This document shows, piece by piece, positions 39,989 to 48,669 of a DNA stretch of 64,000 nucleotides. Made by a program: the position numbers and the translations under genes. The notes under the pieces are model-generated. The model ran no database searches. It was given only the letters and a program-made list of their open reading frames with translations, and was not told where the DNA came from. Position 1 is the stretch's first letter; each line of letters starts with the position of its first letter. Source of the stretch: a virus; IMG/VR virus record IMGVR_UViG_3300025154_000052, positions 64,001 through 128,000 of that record, one strand, 5' to 3'.

Positions 39989-40789
39989 TTACAGCGGCCA
40001 GATGGCCGCCACCAGTTGCCGGAACGGCCCGTGCCCGTAGTGGGACACGCCGTCATGCGCGTCATATGCCGCCACCGCATCAGGTCGCACGCTCCGTAGA
40101 TACGCCCGGACATTGGGCCGGGTCATCACCGTAGGTCCCGCGTCAAGCAGGTCCTCGGGTACGGTCTGGCGACTCCCGGGAAACATCGCCCGAGTCTCAT
40201 CGGTATGCTCCATCGGTACCGGCGGCGGCGCGACGACAACGCTCGATCCGAACTGCTCGACGAGCCGGGCAACGACGGGCGGGCGGGTCTTCCACTCCGC
40301 CCACTCGGTGCGGCGACGGAAGAGTATGGCACCGTCCGATGCCCGGGTCCCGATAAGGTAGTGTGTCTCGATCCACGTCCGCGCCTGCTGGGCGGTCTGG
40401 ATATGGAGATAACCGGCGTCGGCAGGGCCGCCGTACAACTCGAGGGCGACGACGGTCAGAACCTTTTCAGGGTCCGCTTCGGCGGTCACAATCACCTCTG
40501 AGATGTGCCGCCACTGCGAGCCGTTCAGGTGCTTCCCGTCCGCGAGGACGAGAAGCCACGTCCACGATGTCACGGTGACGGTCTTGTGCCCGCCGCCGGT
40601 AAAGTGGTCATTCGGCTGGTGAGTGTATTCCCGGGCGCTGTAGGCAATGCGCCCATCAGTCTGGATTGTCTGATTCAGTCTGCCGTTGGGGCAGTGGCTA
40701 TTGTCGTAAAATGAAATCTGCCGCGTCCACTTACGCCAGATTTCCGTTGTGGTCAGGGCGATACCGAGCTGCTTCAGGATTGCTTCCAT
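39989..40789 (-). CDS. hypothetical protein
   Basis: Within ORF 39989..40903; ATG 40789 after hairpin and purine-rich leader. Confidence 0.6.
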   Translation of the reverse strand: MEAILKQLGIALTTTEIWRKWTRQISFYDNSHCPNGRLNQTIQTDGRIAYSAREYTHQPNDHFTGGGHKTVTVTSWTWLLVLADGKHLNGSQWRHISEVIVTAEADPEKVLTVVALELYGGPADAGYLHIQTAQQARTWIETHYLIGTRASDGAILFRRRTEWAEWKTRPPVVARLVEQFGSSVVVAPPPVPMEHTDETRAMFPGSRQTVPEDLLDAGPTVMTRPNVRAYLRSVRPDAVAAYDAHDGVSHYGHGPFRQLVAAIWPL

Positions 40790-40869
40790 TCCACTCTCCC
40801 CTTCTTCGTTTTCGTTTTCGTTGTTGTCCACGATGCCCGCCTCACATCGGGCATCGGTGTCAGGCGTAG

Positions 40870-41169
40870 TCAGAGCGCAGTGACACCGAGAATCTGCGCC
40901 CATTCCTCACGGTAGCGGCGGCGCCCTTCCGCCTCCTGGTTTTCCATCGCGATCCGGTCGGCGTGGGTGCCGAACCGGGCGAGGTGCTCCGCCTGCTCAA
41001 CGGTCACATCTACGTGCCGATACTCCAAAGGGATGTATCCGTGTCCCGGGCTTACCACCTTCACCAGTTCCCCCACCTTTTCGGTGGAGGGGTCCCACGA
41101 TACGACTATCCGCCGCCCCTGGATCGGATTGCGGCCATAACCACACCCGGCTTTCCACTGAACCTGCAT
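40870..41169 (-). CDS. small hypothetical protein
   Basis: MQVQWKAGCGYG...; AAGGAG RBS, hairpin leader. Confidence 0.55.
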   Translation of the reverse strand: MQVQWKAGCGYGRNPIQGRRIVVSWDPSTEKVGELVKVVSPGHGYIPLEYRHVDVTVEQAEHLARFGTHADRIAMENQEAEGRRRYREEWAQILGVTAL

Positions 41170-41233
41170 CTCATACTCCTTTGCAACTTCGTTCTCCTCT
41201 GCCTCCGGACATCGGGGGCAGGAGAAAACGGCA

Positions 41234-41980
41234 TCACCGGACCTGAAACAGCCCGGTCCGCTGTCCCGACCTCGTGACGTCGGTGACAAGAATCGCGACC
41301 CCGGGATATGTGACATGGACGGCATCGATGATCCGCCCGTCCTGCGGCACCAGGATCGCGTCGTACCCCTCGCACCCGGGGGGCACCTGCACCGTCCCGC
41401 CCGGCAACCGGAGTGTCTGTAACTCGACGGGGACCTGCGCCAGATCCGGACCGTCGGCGACCTCCACCGCGAACGACCCGGGGATCGCCCGGTGAAGGTG
41501 GTAGGCCATGAGCGGGAGGGTGGGACACTTGATAAACCCCGCCGCCTGCCACGTCGGAGTGTCGTCCATACACTCGTCTTCCGAGTCCTCGGGCCACTCG
41601 CCCGGGTCGAGGAATTCCACCTCGAGCCCCTCCGGAGCAGGCTCAAGGACGTCGCAGACAAACGACCCGTTCTGCTGCCGCTGGCCGGAAAGCGGGACGC
41701 AGAACGGGATGAGCCCGGCAGCGCGAACCCACCGGACCGCAGGGGCAAATCGGGGCACGATGACTACGCCATCGTGACTCTCAACACCGCCGTCGAGTCC
41801 GACGGAAGAGCCGTCCGTCGACCTCCATAAGCGCACATCGGGGCCGTTAAACCCCAACAGCACCGGGAACGCCGGATGACTGCCCGGCGCGGTGACCGGA
41901 GTGAAAACGAGCGGAGCAGGGACCGCCGCGGGGTACGTGACACCCGCGACGGCGACGGCGAAATGACACAGATTCAGCAT
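41234..41980 (-). CDS. hypothetical protein
   Basis: 248-aa ORF, AAGGAG RBS, hairpin leader. Confidence 0.6.
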   Translation of the reverse strand: MLNLCHFAVAVAGVTYPAAVPAPLVFTPVTAPGSHPAFPVLLGFNGPDVRLWRSTDGSSVGLDGGVESHDGVVIVPRFAPAVRWVRAAGLIPFCVPLSGQRQQNGSFVCDVLEPAPEGLEVEFLDPGEWPEDSEDECMDDTPTWQAAGFIKCPTLPLMAYHLHRAIPGSFAVEVADGPDLAQVPVELQTLRLPGGTVQVPPGCEGYDAILVPQDGRIIDAVHVTYPGVAILVTDVTRSGQRTGLFQVR

Positions 41981-42044
41981 GATCGTTCTCCTTCGTCTCC
42001 TTTGCCCGGTATTCCGGGCGTCTCACGTCTCCGAAAGGACGGGG

Positions 42045-42242
42045 TCAACCCTCATCAGTCTCTTTCCAGGCGGTTACGTCGCACACCTCTTCGGGGTGAA
42101 CACGGGAGTATTCTCTCGCTGCCTCCCGCCTCCTCCGCAACTCCAGTGCGGCTGCCATGTCCGTTACACTGCTTCGCGGGTAGATACAACCGTCCGGGCG
42201 GACGGCGTATCCAGGTGGAACCACTACGTTTTTCAGATCCAT
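42045..42242 (-). CDS. small hypothetical protein
   Basis: MDLKNVV...; AAGGAG RBS, hairpin leader. Confidence 0.55.
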   Translation of the reverse strand: MDLKNVVVPPGYAVRPDGCIYPRSSVTDMAAALELRRRREAAREYSRVHPEEVCDVTAWKETDEG

Positions 42243-42394
42243 CTCGTTCTCCTTCTGCCCGGTCTTGCCGGGCTGTTGTTTCGCCACTTCATCCGATCGT
42301 CCGTCTGGCAGTCGGGCGATCGATCAAGGGACGGTGGGCGTCCAAATCGATTACAGCGGCCAGCTAGCCGCGACCAACTGTCTGAACTGCGCGT

Positions 42395-42658
42395 TTATTC
42401 CACGCGAGCGGCGGATGCACCGCCCGCCCTCCACAATATCGCCCCGGAAACGACCTCGCCATCCTTGAGCCACAGGATGTGCTCGGCGAGTACGGCACCG
42501 TCGATGCCGTCCGGCACGACGGCGGACGCTGTGCCCTGCCGGGAGAATACACGTTCGCCGGGCGTGACCGGCCGGACATGCCAGCCGCAGGGGCTTGCTA
42601 TGACTACCTTGGGCTTGAGTTGGTAGTCAGTGGCGTGGAGAGTGTATCGGTGCTTCAT
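42395..42658 (-). CDS. small hypothetical protein
   Basis: MKHRYTL...; AGGAGG RBS, hairpin leader. Confidence 0.55.
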   Translation of the reverse strand: MKHRYTLHATDYQLKPKVVIASPCGWHVRPVTPGERVFSRQGTASAVVPDGIDGAVLAEHILWLKDGEVVSGAILWRAGGASAARVE

Positions 42659-42795
42659 CTCGTCCTCCTGCCCTCTCGGGCTGTTTCGTCCGTTTTCCTC
42701 TGCCTCCGATCGTCGGGGGCAGGAGAAAACGGCCCGCCGAAGCGGGCCCGGTGCTATTCGTCGTCCCCCCCCAGACGACGGGGAGGACGGGCAAA

Positions 42796-43128
42796 TCAGG
42801 TGGTCTGAGGCGGTAGCACGATAGCCGCCTCGTCCCACCTGGAGTGCAGCCGGTGGCGCGTATCCCACGCCTCGTCGGTGGGCGGCCAGTCCCGCTCCGC
42901 ATCCAGCAGGGACCACCCATCCTCCGATACCGTTACGCGGCCGTGTGCCGCCGCGTGGGCCGTCTGACCTGGACGGGGAGCGATACCCGCCGCCGACAAT
43001 CTACGGACCGGGACGGCCGCCCCGGTCGGACCGAACGGCTCAACTTCCTGCCCGTTACGGTCCTGATATTTATGCCGGCCCCACAGAGCCTGCCATAACT
43101 GCCCATGGCTATCGAAAAAGTAACTCAC
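42796..43128 (-). CDS. small hypothetical protein
   Basis: 110-aa ORF; AAGGAG RBS, hairpin leader. Confidence 0.55.
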   Translation of the reverse strand: MSYFFDSHGQLWQALWGRHKYQDRNGQEVEPFGPTGAAVPVRRLSAAGIAPRPGQTAHAAAHGRVTVSEDGWSLLDAERDWPPTDEAWDTRHRLHSRWDEAAIVLPPQTT

Positions 43129-43222
43129 TTCATCTCCTTGCTGTGCCCGGTCTCCCGGGCTGTTGTCGTCCGTTCATCCGATCGTCCGTCTGGCAGTCGG
43201 GCGATCGATCAAGGGGCGGAGG

Positions 43223-43417
43223 CTATAGCGAAGCGTCCAATTTCCGGCAGCGGGCGGTCACCCGTGCCTCGAAGTCGGTATTGGACTCGCCCTCCTGCTG
43301 GTCGATGGTCTCAACCACACCCGACCAGTTGCCGGCGGGGATCTCCTCGTCGGGCTCGAAGGCGTGGACGCCAGGGGTGTATACGCCGGTGTTCTGGATG
43401 AGTTGGTACGATTTCAT
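43223..43417 (-). CDS. small hypothetical protein
   Basis: MKSYQLIQ...; AAGGAG RBS; promoter at 43476-43504. Confidence 0.55.
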   Translation of the reverse strand: MKSYQLIQNTGVYTPGVHAFEPDEEIPAGNWSGVVETIDQQEGESNTDFEARVTARCRKLDASL

Positions 43418-43475
43418 TTCTATTCTCCTTCTCGTCTTAATCTCCGGCCGCCTCATTGCGACCGTTGATGATATA

Positions 43476-43504
43476 AGTATATCCCCAGCGGGTATGCGTG
43501 TCAA
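43476..43504 (-). promoter_or_regulatory. sigma70 promoter with operator-like spacer
   Basis: TTGACA-N17-TATACT. Confidence 0.8.
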
Positions 43505-43532
43505 CAGAAAAAGATACCCATTGGGGATTATT

Positions 43533-43733
43533 TTACTTCGCCCGCTCCGCCCGAATCCGGGCAATCTCCGCCTCCGAAACCAGGGGCTGCCTGGGCTCCA
43601 GGGGCTGGCCCTCTGGGTCCCGGGCATAGTCCAGTTGCAGCGGCGCCCGTTTCCGGTCCGCCAATTGGCGGATTGAGTTTTTGTCGGCGAACCCGAGTTC
43701 TCGGGCCGCCGCACGAACTGAGTACCATTTCAT
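43533..43733 (-). CDS. small HTH DNA-binding protein
   Basis: YSVRAAARELGFADKNSIRQL; GGAGG RBS; promoter TTGACT-N17-TATATC at 43763-43791. Confidence 0.7.
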   Translation of the reverse strand: MKWYSVRAAARELGFADKNSIRQLADRKRAPLQLDYARDPEGQPLEPRQPLVSEAEIARIRAERAK

Positions 43734-43866
43734 CGTGTATCCTCCGGTTATCCCCCTCTGGAGATATACCCGGCGGGGAGAGGGAAGTCAAGGGTCGTTC
43801 CTCTCTGCCCCCGGTCATCGGGGACACGGAGGAGCGAGCCGGGATAGGCTCCCGGCGGGCTCGGGG

Positions 43867-44082
43867 TCAGTAGTCGGGGTGAGCGTACACGTGCCCTCGG
43901 CGCCACTCCCAACCAGGATACGCAGCCTCGAGCGCAGCATCCGCCTCGGCCTCGGTGGCGTACCTGCCGAGTTCGGAATCGCGTTCGTCCCCTGCGGTTC
44001 CGCCAACCGGGACGGGCAGGGACCGACCGACACCCCCACTCGCGTCCACCACCGCCGCCCACTCGATCCGTGTCTCGTCCAT
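43867..44082 (-). CDS. small hypothetical protein
   Basis: 71-aa ORF. Confidence 0.45.
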   Translation of the reverse strand: MDETRIEWAAVVDASGGVGRSLPVPVGGTAGDERDSELGRYATEAEADAALEAAYPGWEWRRGHVYAHPDY

Positions 44083-44194
44083 CTCCCATCTCCCTTGCGG
44101 CTTCCCGCCGCTCTCGGCCCCACCGTCTCGGTATCGGGGCCAGGGTTGGACTCCGGCACAATGCCGGGGTCGGGCTGAGGGCGCCCGCTGAAAA

Positions 44195-44443
44195 CTACAA
44201 CTTCACATTTCGATACTTGTAGGGCGGCTTTATTGGCTGCCCCACTGCGTCAGTACCCCGGGCCAACTCCCGGATGTCGTACTGCTCGAATGCCAGCATC
44301 CACTCATCAGACTTCGACTCCATATCCAACGCTTGAAGCGCCTCCATCATCTTGCGACTGCTGGCGGTGTTCCGCTGAGTCTGCCGCTCGATCTGCTCGG
44401 CCTTCTCTGAATTTCGCCTTGTCCTGATCTGGGCTGCTGTCAT
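44195..44443 (-). CDS. small hypothetical protein
   Basis: GGGAGG RBS; consensus promoter upstream. Confidence 0.6.
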   Translation of the reverse strand: MTAAQIRTRRNSEKAEQIERQTQRNTASSRKMMEALQALDMESKSDEWMLAFEQYDIRELARGTDAVGQPIKPPYKYRNVKL

Positions 44444-44477
44444 TAGTTGTCCTCCCAACCTCGATTATCTGATTAGG

Positions 44478-44506
44478 ATTATATGTCCCGGCTGGACATA
44501 TGTCAA
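44478..44506 (-). promoter_or_regulatory. consensus sigma70 promoter with palindromic spacer
   Basis: TTGACA-N17-TATAAT; atatgtcc-cggct-ggacatat inverted repeat. Confidence 0.85.
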
Positions 44507-44533
44507 CAGGTAAAATTCACTTTCGTAAAAAAA

Positions 44534-44782
44534 TCACGATTTTTTTCGAGACGGCGGAATCGGGTTCGGATTCCGCTTTTTCGGCAAGATGAACCCGTCT
44601 ACCGCATCGTGGGGAATACGGTAACGGCGGACGGTTAGATCTTTAGCCTGGTCAGCGGGTACCCACCCCTGCTCATCGGTAAGTGCATCACCGGCGAGCA
44701 ACCCGTCACTGAGCCATCGACGCACCGCCCGTGTACTACGGCCATATCGCTCAGCAATCTCGTCTTGAGTAAGATAGTTCAT
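44534..44782 (-). CDS. MerR/excisionase-like HTH protein
   Basis: LTQDEIAERYGRSTRAVRRWLSDG; promoter TTGCAT-N17-TATAAT at 44810-44838. Confidence 0.75.
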   Translation of the reverse strand: MNYLTQDEIAERYGRSTRAVRRWLSDGLLAGDALTDEQGWVPADQAKDLTVRRYRIPHDAVDGFILPKKRNPNPIPPSRKKS

Positions 44783-44845
44783 GTTGTCCTCGGCAAAAGG
44801 GTACGCTGTATTATACGACCAGCCGGGACGTAATGCAAGAGGAGA

Positions 44846-45946
44846 TTACTTGGAGGGGAACTTCTCAGCCATGCGGTCCACGATCTCCTGCTTGTGCGCG
44901 TTTAACAGATGGGAGTAGCGCATGGTCATCTGGAGGGACTTGTGACCCAGAATAGCAGCCACGTCGGCGAGGCTGGCGCCGGACATGATCAGGTAGCTGG
45001 CGGCTGTGTGTCTGAGCGTGTGCCGGGTGACGCCCTGTAACCCAGTCTCGCGGATGCATGCGTCCCAAGCTCGCTTTAGGTCCAGGGGTTTACAGGTGTC
45101 GATCGTACTAGGGAAGAGCAGATCCACACCGAGTAGCCGGTGATGGTTCGTCCAGTCTCGGATTGCGCCCAGCGCAGGTGCAGCTAGGGGGACGTAGCGA
45201 GGTTCGCTGTTCTTAGTCGTCCCCTCGCGCAGTACCAGGTGACGGTGCTCGATATCCACCTGTTCCCAGCGCAGGCCCATGATCTCGGACAGCCGGCAAC
45301 CGGTGTAGATGAGCAGGACTGCTACCGGGTACATAGCCGGGTTCTGACGCTTCGCCGCCTCGAGTAACTGTGCCCGCTCGGAGTCGGTCAAAAACCGGGT
45401 TCGGCCTCGAGGTTCACGCTGCTTTCGGACCTTGACCATCGGGTTGGCATCCATCCATCCCCAGTCCTTGACTGCAGCGGTGAACGCGGTACTGAGTGCA
45501 GCCAGGTACCGGTTGACCGTGGCAGGTGTCCGGACCTGACCGCGGGGAGTCAGTCCTCGTGCAAGATCGTCTCGAGCCTGGGTAAGCATGGTGGCAGCGA
45601 CATCTGGCAACGCTACATCTCCCAGTTGCGCCTTCCACCAGAAGAGCTCTCGCTCAGTGTCCCGGGCGCTCTTCGGCCTATTGGGAAGCACCTCGTCTAT
45701 ATACCGGTCGATCAGGTCTGCCACGGTGCGACTCTGGGCCACAACATCGGGTCTGAGCCTCTCTTCTCTAATGACCGCCTTGGTCGTGTCCTGCCAGTAT
45801 TTAGCGTCCTGGAGGCGGTCGAAGGTTTTCACCTGGGGTGCATACCCCTTGATCCGGACTTCGACCCGGTAGACCTTCCGTCCGGTAGGGTAGACTCGCT
45901 CGATTATCCCCGGTGGGAGTCGCTTACCCTGCTTGGTAGTGCCCAT
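44846..45946 (-). CDS. int: tyrosine recombinase (phage integrase)
   Basis: YTGCRLSEI (R), HTLRH (HxxR), LGHK, MTMRYSH (Y); ATVNRYLAAL core-binding motif. Confidence 0.95.
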   Translation of the reverse strand: MGTTKQGKRLPPGIIERVYPTGRKVYRVEVRIKGYAPQVKTFDRLQDAKYWQDTTKAVIREERLRPDVVAQSRTVADLIDRYIDEVLPNRPKSARDTERELFWWKAQLGDVALPDVAATMLTQARDDLARGLTPRGQVRTPATVNRYLAALSTAFTAAVKDWGWMDANPMVKVRKQREPRGRTRFLTDSERAQLLEAAKRQNPAMYPVAVLLIYTGCRLSEIMGLRWEQVDIEHRHLVLREGTTKNSEPRYVPLAAPALGAIRDWTNHHRLLGVDLLFPSTIDTCKPLDLKRAWDACIRETGLQGVTRHTLRHTAASYLIMSGASLADVAAILGHKSLQMTMRYSHLLNAHKQEIVDRMAEKFPSK

Positions 45947-46036
45947 GGATACCTCCCGATGCGACTGCTACGGATTCGCGACCGGAACGAAAAAAGGGGC
46001 TGCACCAGTCAGGCACAACCCCTTGATTTCGTTGAA

Positions 46037-46080
46037 AGCCGAAGGCCGGATTCGAACCGGCGACCTGCTGATTACGAATC
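46037..46080 (-). mobile_element. attP core = 3' half of tRNA-Thr(CGT)
   Basis: Reverse complement GATTCGTAATC-AGCAGGTCGCCGGTTCGAATCCGGCCTTCGGCT runs from anticodon loop to acceptor; 5' half absent; TGCTACGG/GCTACTG repeats flank it (~45966, 46154, 46188, 46200, 46265). Confidence 0.85.
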
Positions 46081-46437
46081 GGGAAAGCACACTGGACTAT
46101 TACAGCACTTGTTTCGATCTTTCGCAGGCTTACAAGTGAGTCGCGTTAGCGTATTGCTACTGATTACTGTCCCGAATCAGGTGTCACTGCTACGGGAAAT
46201 GCTACGGGTGCGGGCGAGTATTGTTGGTGCTAGAGCGGCATGAGCGGCAGCGTCTGCAGGAAATGGCTACTGCGTTTGATCATGCCATAGTGGTATCTGG
46301 CTGTCCATTAGATTTCGCTATCTCGAATATCTCCACCCAGTTGGTAGATAATTCTCTGCTTAAAAGTAAAAGAGTATTTTAAAAGTCCTTGACGACCGGT
46401 TGCGCCTCGTCCATACTCCTAGCAGTGCCTTGCTGGA

Positions 46438-46842
46438 GTGAATATGAACGTGCGTGACCTGACGATAGGCGAATTGATAGATCTACTGGGGCAATTAGCG
46501 GTGATGGCGCCTCAACTTCAGGCGCAGTTGGAGCAGGTACAGCGCTCGCAGGGCGCTCGTCAGCCTCCTATCATTCAGACGGAGAATGGCCTTGACGACT
46601 GGATTCCGCTGAAGGAATGGTGCCAGCGCATGCCATGGCCCGAAAAGGAAAGTCAACTTCGATGGTGGGTGTTCAACGCTGAGCACAACGGATTCAACCG
46701 TGTTTTCAGTAAGGTGGGGAATCGAATCCTCATCTCAAAAAAGGCGTTTGGCGAGTGGATAGCGTCCAATGGCCGGGTTGACATTCCAGCGGCAGCCAAA
46801 CCCGCTGCGCGTCCACAGCGCAAGACTATCAAGCACCGTTGA
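46438..46842 (+). CDS. excisionase-like winged-HTH DNA-binding protein
   Basis: WIPLKEWC...QLRWWVFNAEHNGF...KVGNRILIS...FGEWI; adjacent to attP; promoter TTGACG-N17-CATACT at 46389-46417. Confidence 0.65.
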   Translation: MNMNVRDLTIGELIDLLGQLAVMAPQLQAQLEQVQRSQGARQPPIIQTENGLDDWIPLKEWCQRMPWPEKESQLRWWVFNAEHNGFNRVFSKVGNRILISKKAFGEWIASNGRVDIPAAAKPAARPQRKTIKHR

Positions 46843-47430
46843 TACTTTTAAGTAGTATTTTAGTGTTACGTGTGATACGCTCTGTCTTGTACCGGGTGAC
46901 CGGGACCATAACCCAAACAACGGGGAGTCAATGCTTTTCCTCCTCATCCTGATGGTCGCACTCGTCAGTGTCGCCGTATTCCTGTCACACCAGGAGCCCG
47001 TCGCACGAGAGTGGACCCGCCAGACCCGCGGCGTAATGGCGGGCATTCTAGCGCTCGAGGGCGCGTTCCCGGAGCTGGCGATCTGGGAGCCACCGAATTA
47101 TGACTGTCCAGCCGTGCCGGGGCGAGCCCGGCCACTCCGTAGTCTTCGGTTCACCAGATACGTCCGGAATGGTAGAACCGAGTTACCGGAGTGGCGCACG
47201 CCGGGGCGAGCCCGGCTCAATCTCCACTTCGCCCAGTGGGTGTGACACCGGACGGAGCGTCAGATTCTGATCGATTCGTCTTTTCTTGCGATTTTGCTGC
47301 TCCTGCTCTTTTCCGCTGTTCATCTTCCATAGCCGCTGCCGCCGATCCAGATGCCGATACATTAAATAATCCTTGATAATATCAAAACTGCGGGCATATA
47401 CTGGCCCCAATCCACACAAGGAGGTCAATC

Positions 47431-47820
47431 GTGCAAAAGGACAAGGTAGTCGAACAGTTGGAAGCAGATGAACAAGAGTTGCGAAAAAAAGCAGAGGAGA
47501 TAATCAAGGAGGGGCAAGAACTCATTAAAAAGGCCAACTTGTTGCGTAGTGCTCGAGAGGTTTACCTCGGACAGCCCATTGCCGAGACTGGTGCTGTTCG
47601 CAAGATCTCGAAACGATCTGGAACCGACAGTCCCACCCGTGGCAGAGTGGTAGCATACGTAATCGAGCGCAATGCTGTTCTCACGATATCGGAGGTAGCG
47701 GACGCTTTAGGCATCAAATCAGGCCAGGTTGGCAATGTCGTGAAGCGGGCCGTCTATCTGGGTATGCTCTCCCAACCCGCTCGAGGTCAGGTCGCCCCGC
47801 CAAGATGGGGGCAGGAGTAG
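47431..47820 (+). CDS. coiled-coil + winged-HTH protein
   Basis: LTISEVADALGIKSGQVGNVVKR; GGAGG RBS. Confidence 0.6.
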   Translation: MQKDKVVEQLEADEQELRKKAEEIIKEGQELIKKANLLRSAREVYLGQPIAETGAVRKISKRSGTDSPTRGRVVAYVIERNAVLTISEVADALGIKSGQVGNVVKRAVYLGMLSQPARGQVAPPRWGQE

Positions 47821-47880
47821 CAACAGAATACCGTTCACAACCTCGCCAACATACCTGCCCTTCTGTTTACTTTAGTGAAT

Positions 47881-47923
47881 GATTAAAATAGTATTTGACT
47901 GTCGTGCATCTCCCGCGCATAGT
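47881..47923 (+). promoter_or_regulatory. CATTAAAAT-type promoter
   Basis: GATTAAAAT-N5-TTGACT-N17-CATAGT. Confidence 0.7.
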
Positions 47924-47974
47924 TGATCATGTGGTGGCCGGGCTGTCCGGGCGGCTACGGAGATCGAAGCAGAC

Positions 47975-48373
47975 GTGGAGGTGCTTATGCGGTTTGATCT
48001 CTATCGCGACACGATGTACGTTCGCTCGTTGGATTTCGGCTCCAAGGAACGGGCTGATAAGTACGCTCAACTCAGGTATGGGACTCAGGGCCGCGCCGAA
48101 GTGGCCATCCAGTCGAAACACTCGCCGGATTTCGTTATAATCGAGGAACATGCGAGCGTCGTGAAGTTGGAACCGACGTTCAACCGGTACAACTGTCTAC
48201 CAGCGCTGTGCCCGCCGCCCCCACTCCCCATGCGCGGCACTCCCAACCCACTTCCTGGGCGTACAGTTCCCCCGGTGAGGCGCCTCCCCAGGACGGTTCT
48301 TGCCACTGTCCTTGGTGCTGTATCAGCGGTGGCTGCTGTGATTGCCATCGCAACAGCCACCGGAGTGTGGTGA
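47975..48373 (+). CDS. hypothetical protein with C-terminal TM helix
   Basis: Pro-rich linker then hydrophobic tail. Confidence 0.55.
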   Translation: MEVLMRFDLYRDTMYVRSLDFGSKERADKYAQLRYGTQGRAEVAIQSKHSPDFVIIEEHASVVKLEPTFNRYNCLPALCPPPPLPMRGTPNPLPGRTVPPVRRLPRTVLATVLGAVSAVAAVIAIATATGVW

Positions 48374-48669
48374 GCGCCTACTTCTTGTGAGGGGTCTTCT
48401 CCATCAGCGCATCGACGATCTGTTCTAGTAGCGTTTGTGGTGGCTGGATCTGCTTCTGAACCTTCTCTCCCTTACCCTTCTGCATCTGCCAGTGCTGCTG
48501 AATGGCGGCCTTGATCGACTCAATGATCATGCCACCAGCATAAGCCTCCTGAGAAACCAAACATCCTGCCAGAATTACGGACACAGCGATTCTTTTCATT
48601 ACGACCTCGGTAGTTGGGGTTTTATACAGCCCCACTCAGCAATACTCGCCCAGCTCCGCAGTGGAGATA

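Larger units (their letters stand above)
42257..43265. repeat. dispersed intergenic leader repeats
   Basis: ttcatccgatcgtccgtctggcagtcgggcgatcgatcaaggg at ~42288-42330 and ~43173-43215; tcgggggcaggagaaaacggc at ~41213 and ~42714. Confidence 0.85.

Noticed and set aside
39850-43270. CRISPR array
   Set aside because: Repeats are irregularly spaced by whole genes and vary in length; no cas genes.
39850-46000. Integron (integrase plus attC cassette array)
   Set aside because: The integrase is a phage-type Int with its own tRNA attP and lacks an obvious IntI insertion; the hairpins lack RYYYAAC/GTTRRRY ends.
46037-46080. Functional tRNA-Thr gene
   Set aside because: Only the anticodon-to-3' half is present; interpreted as the attP core.
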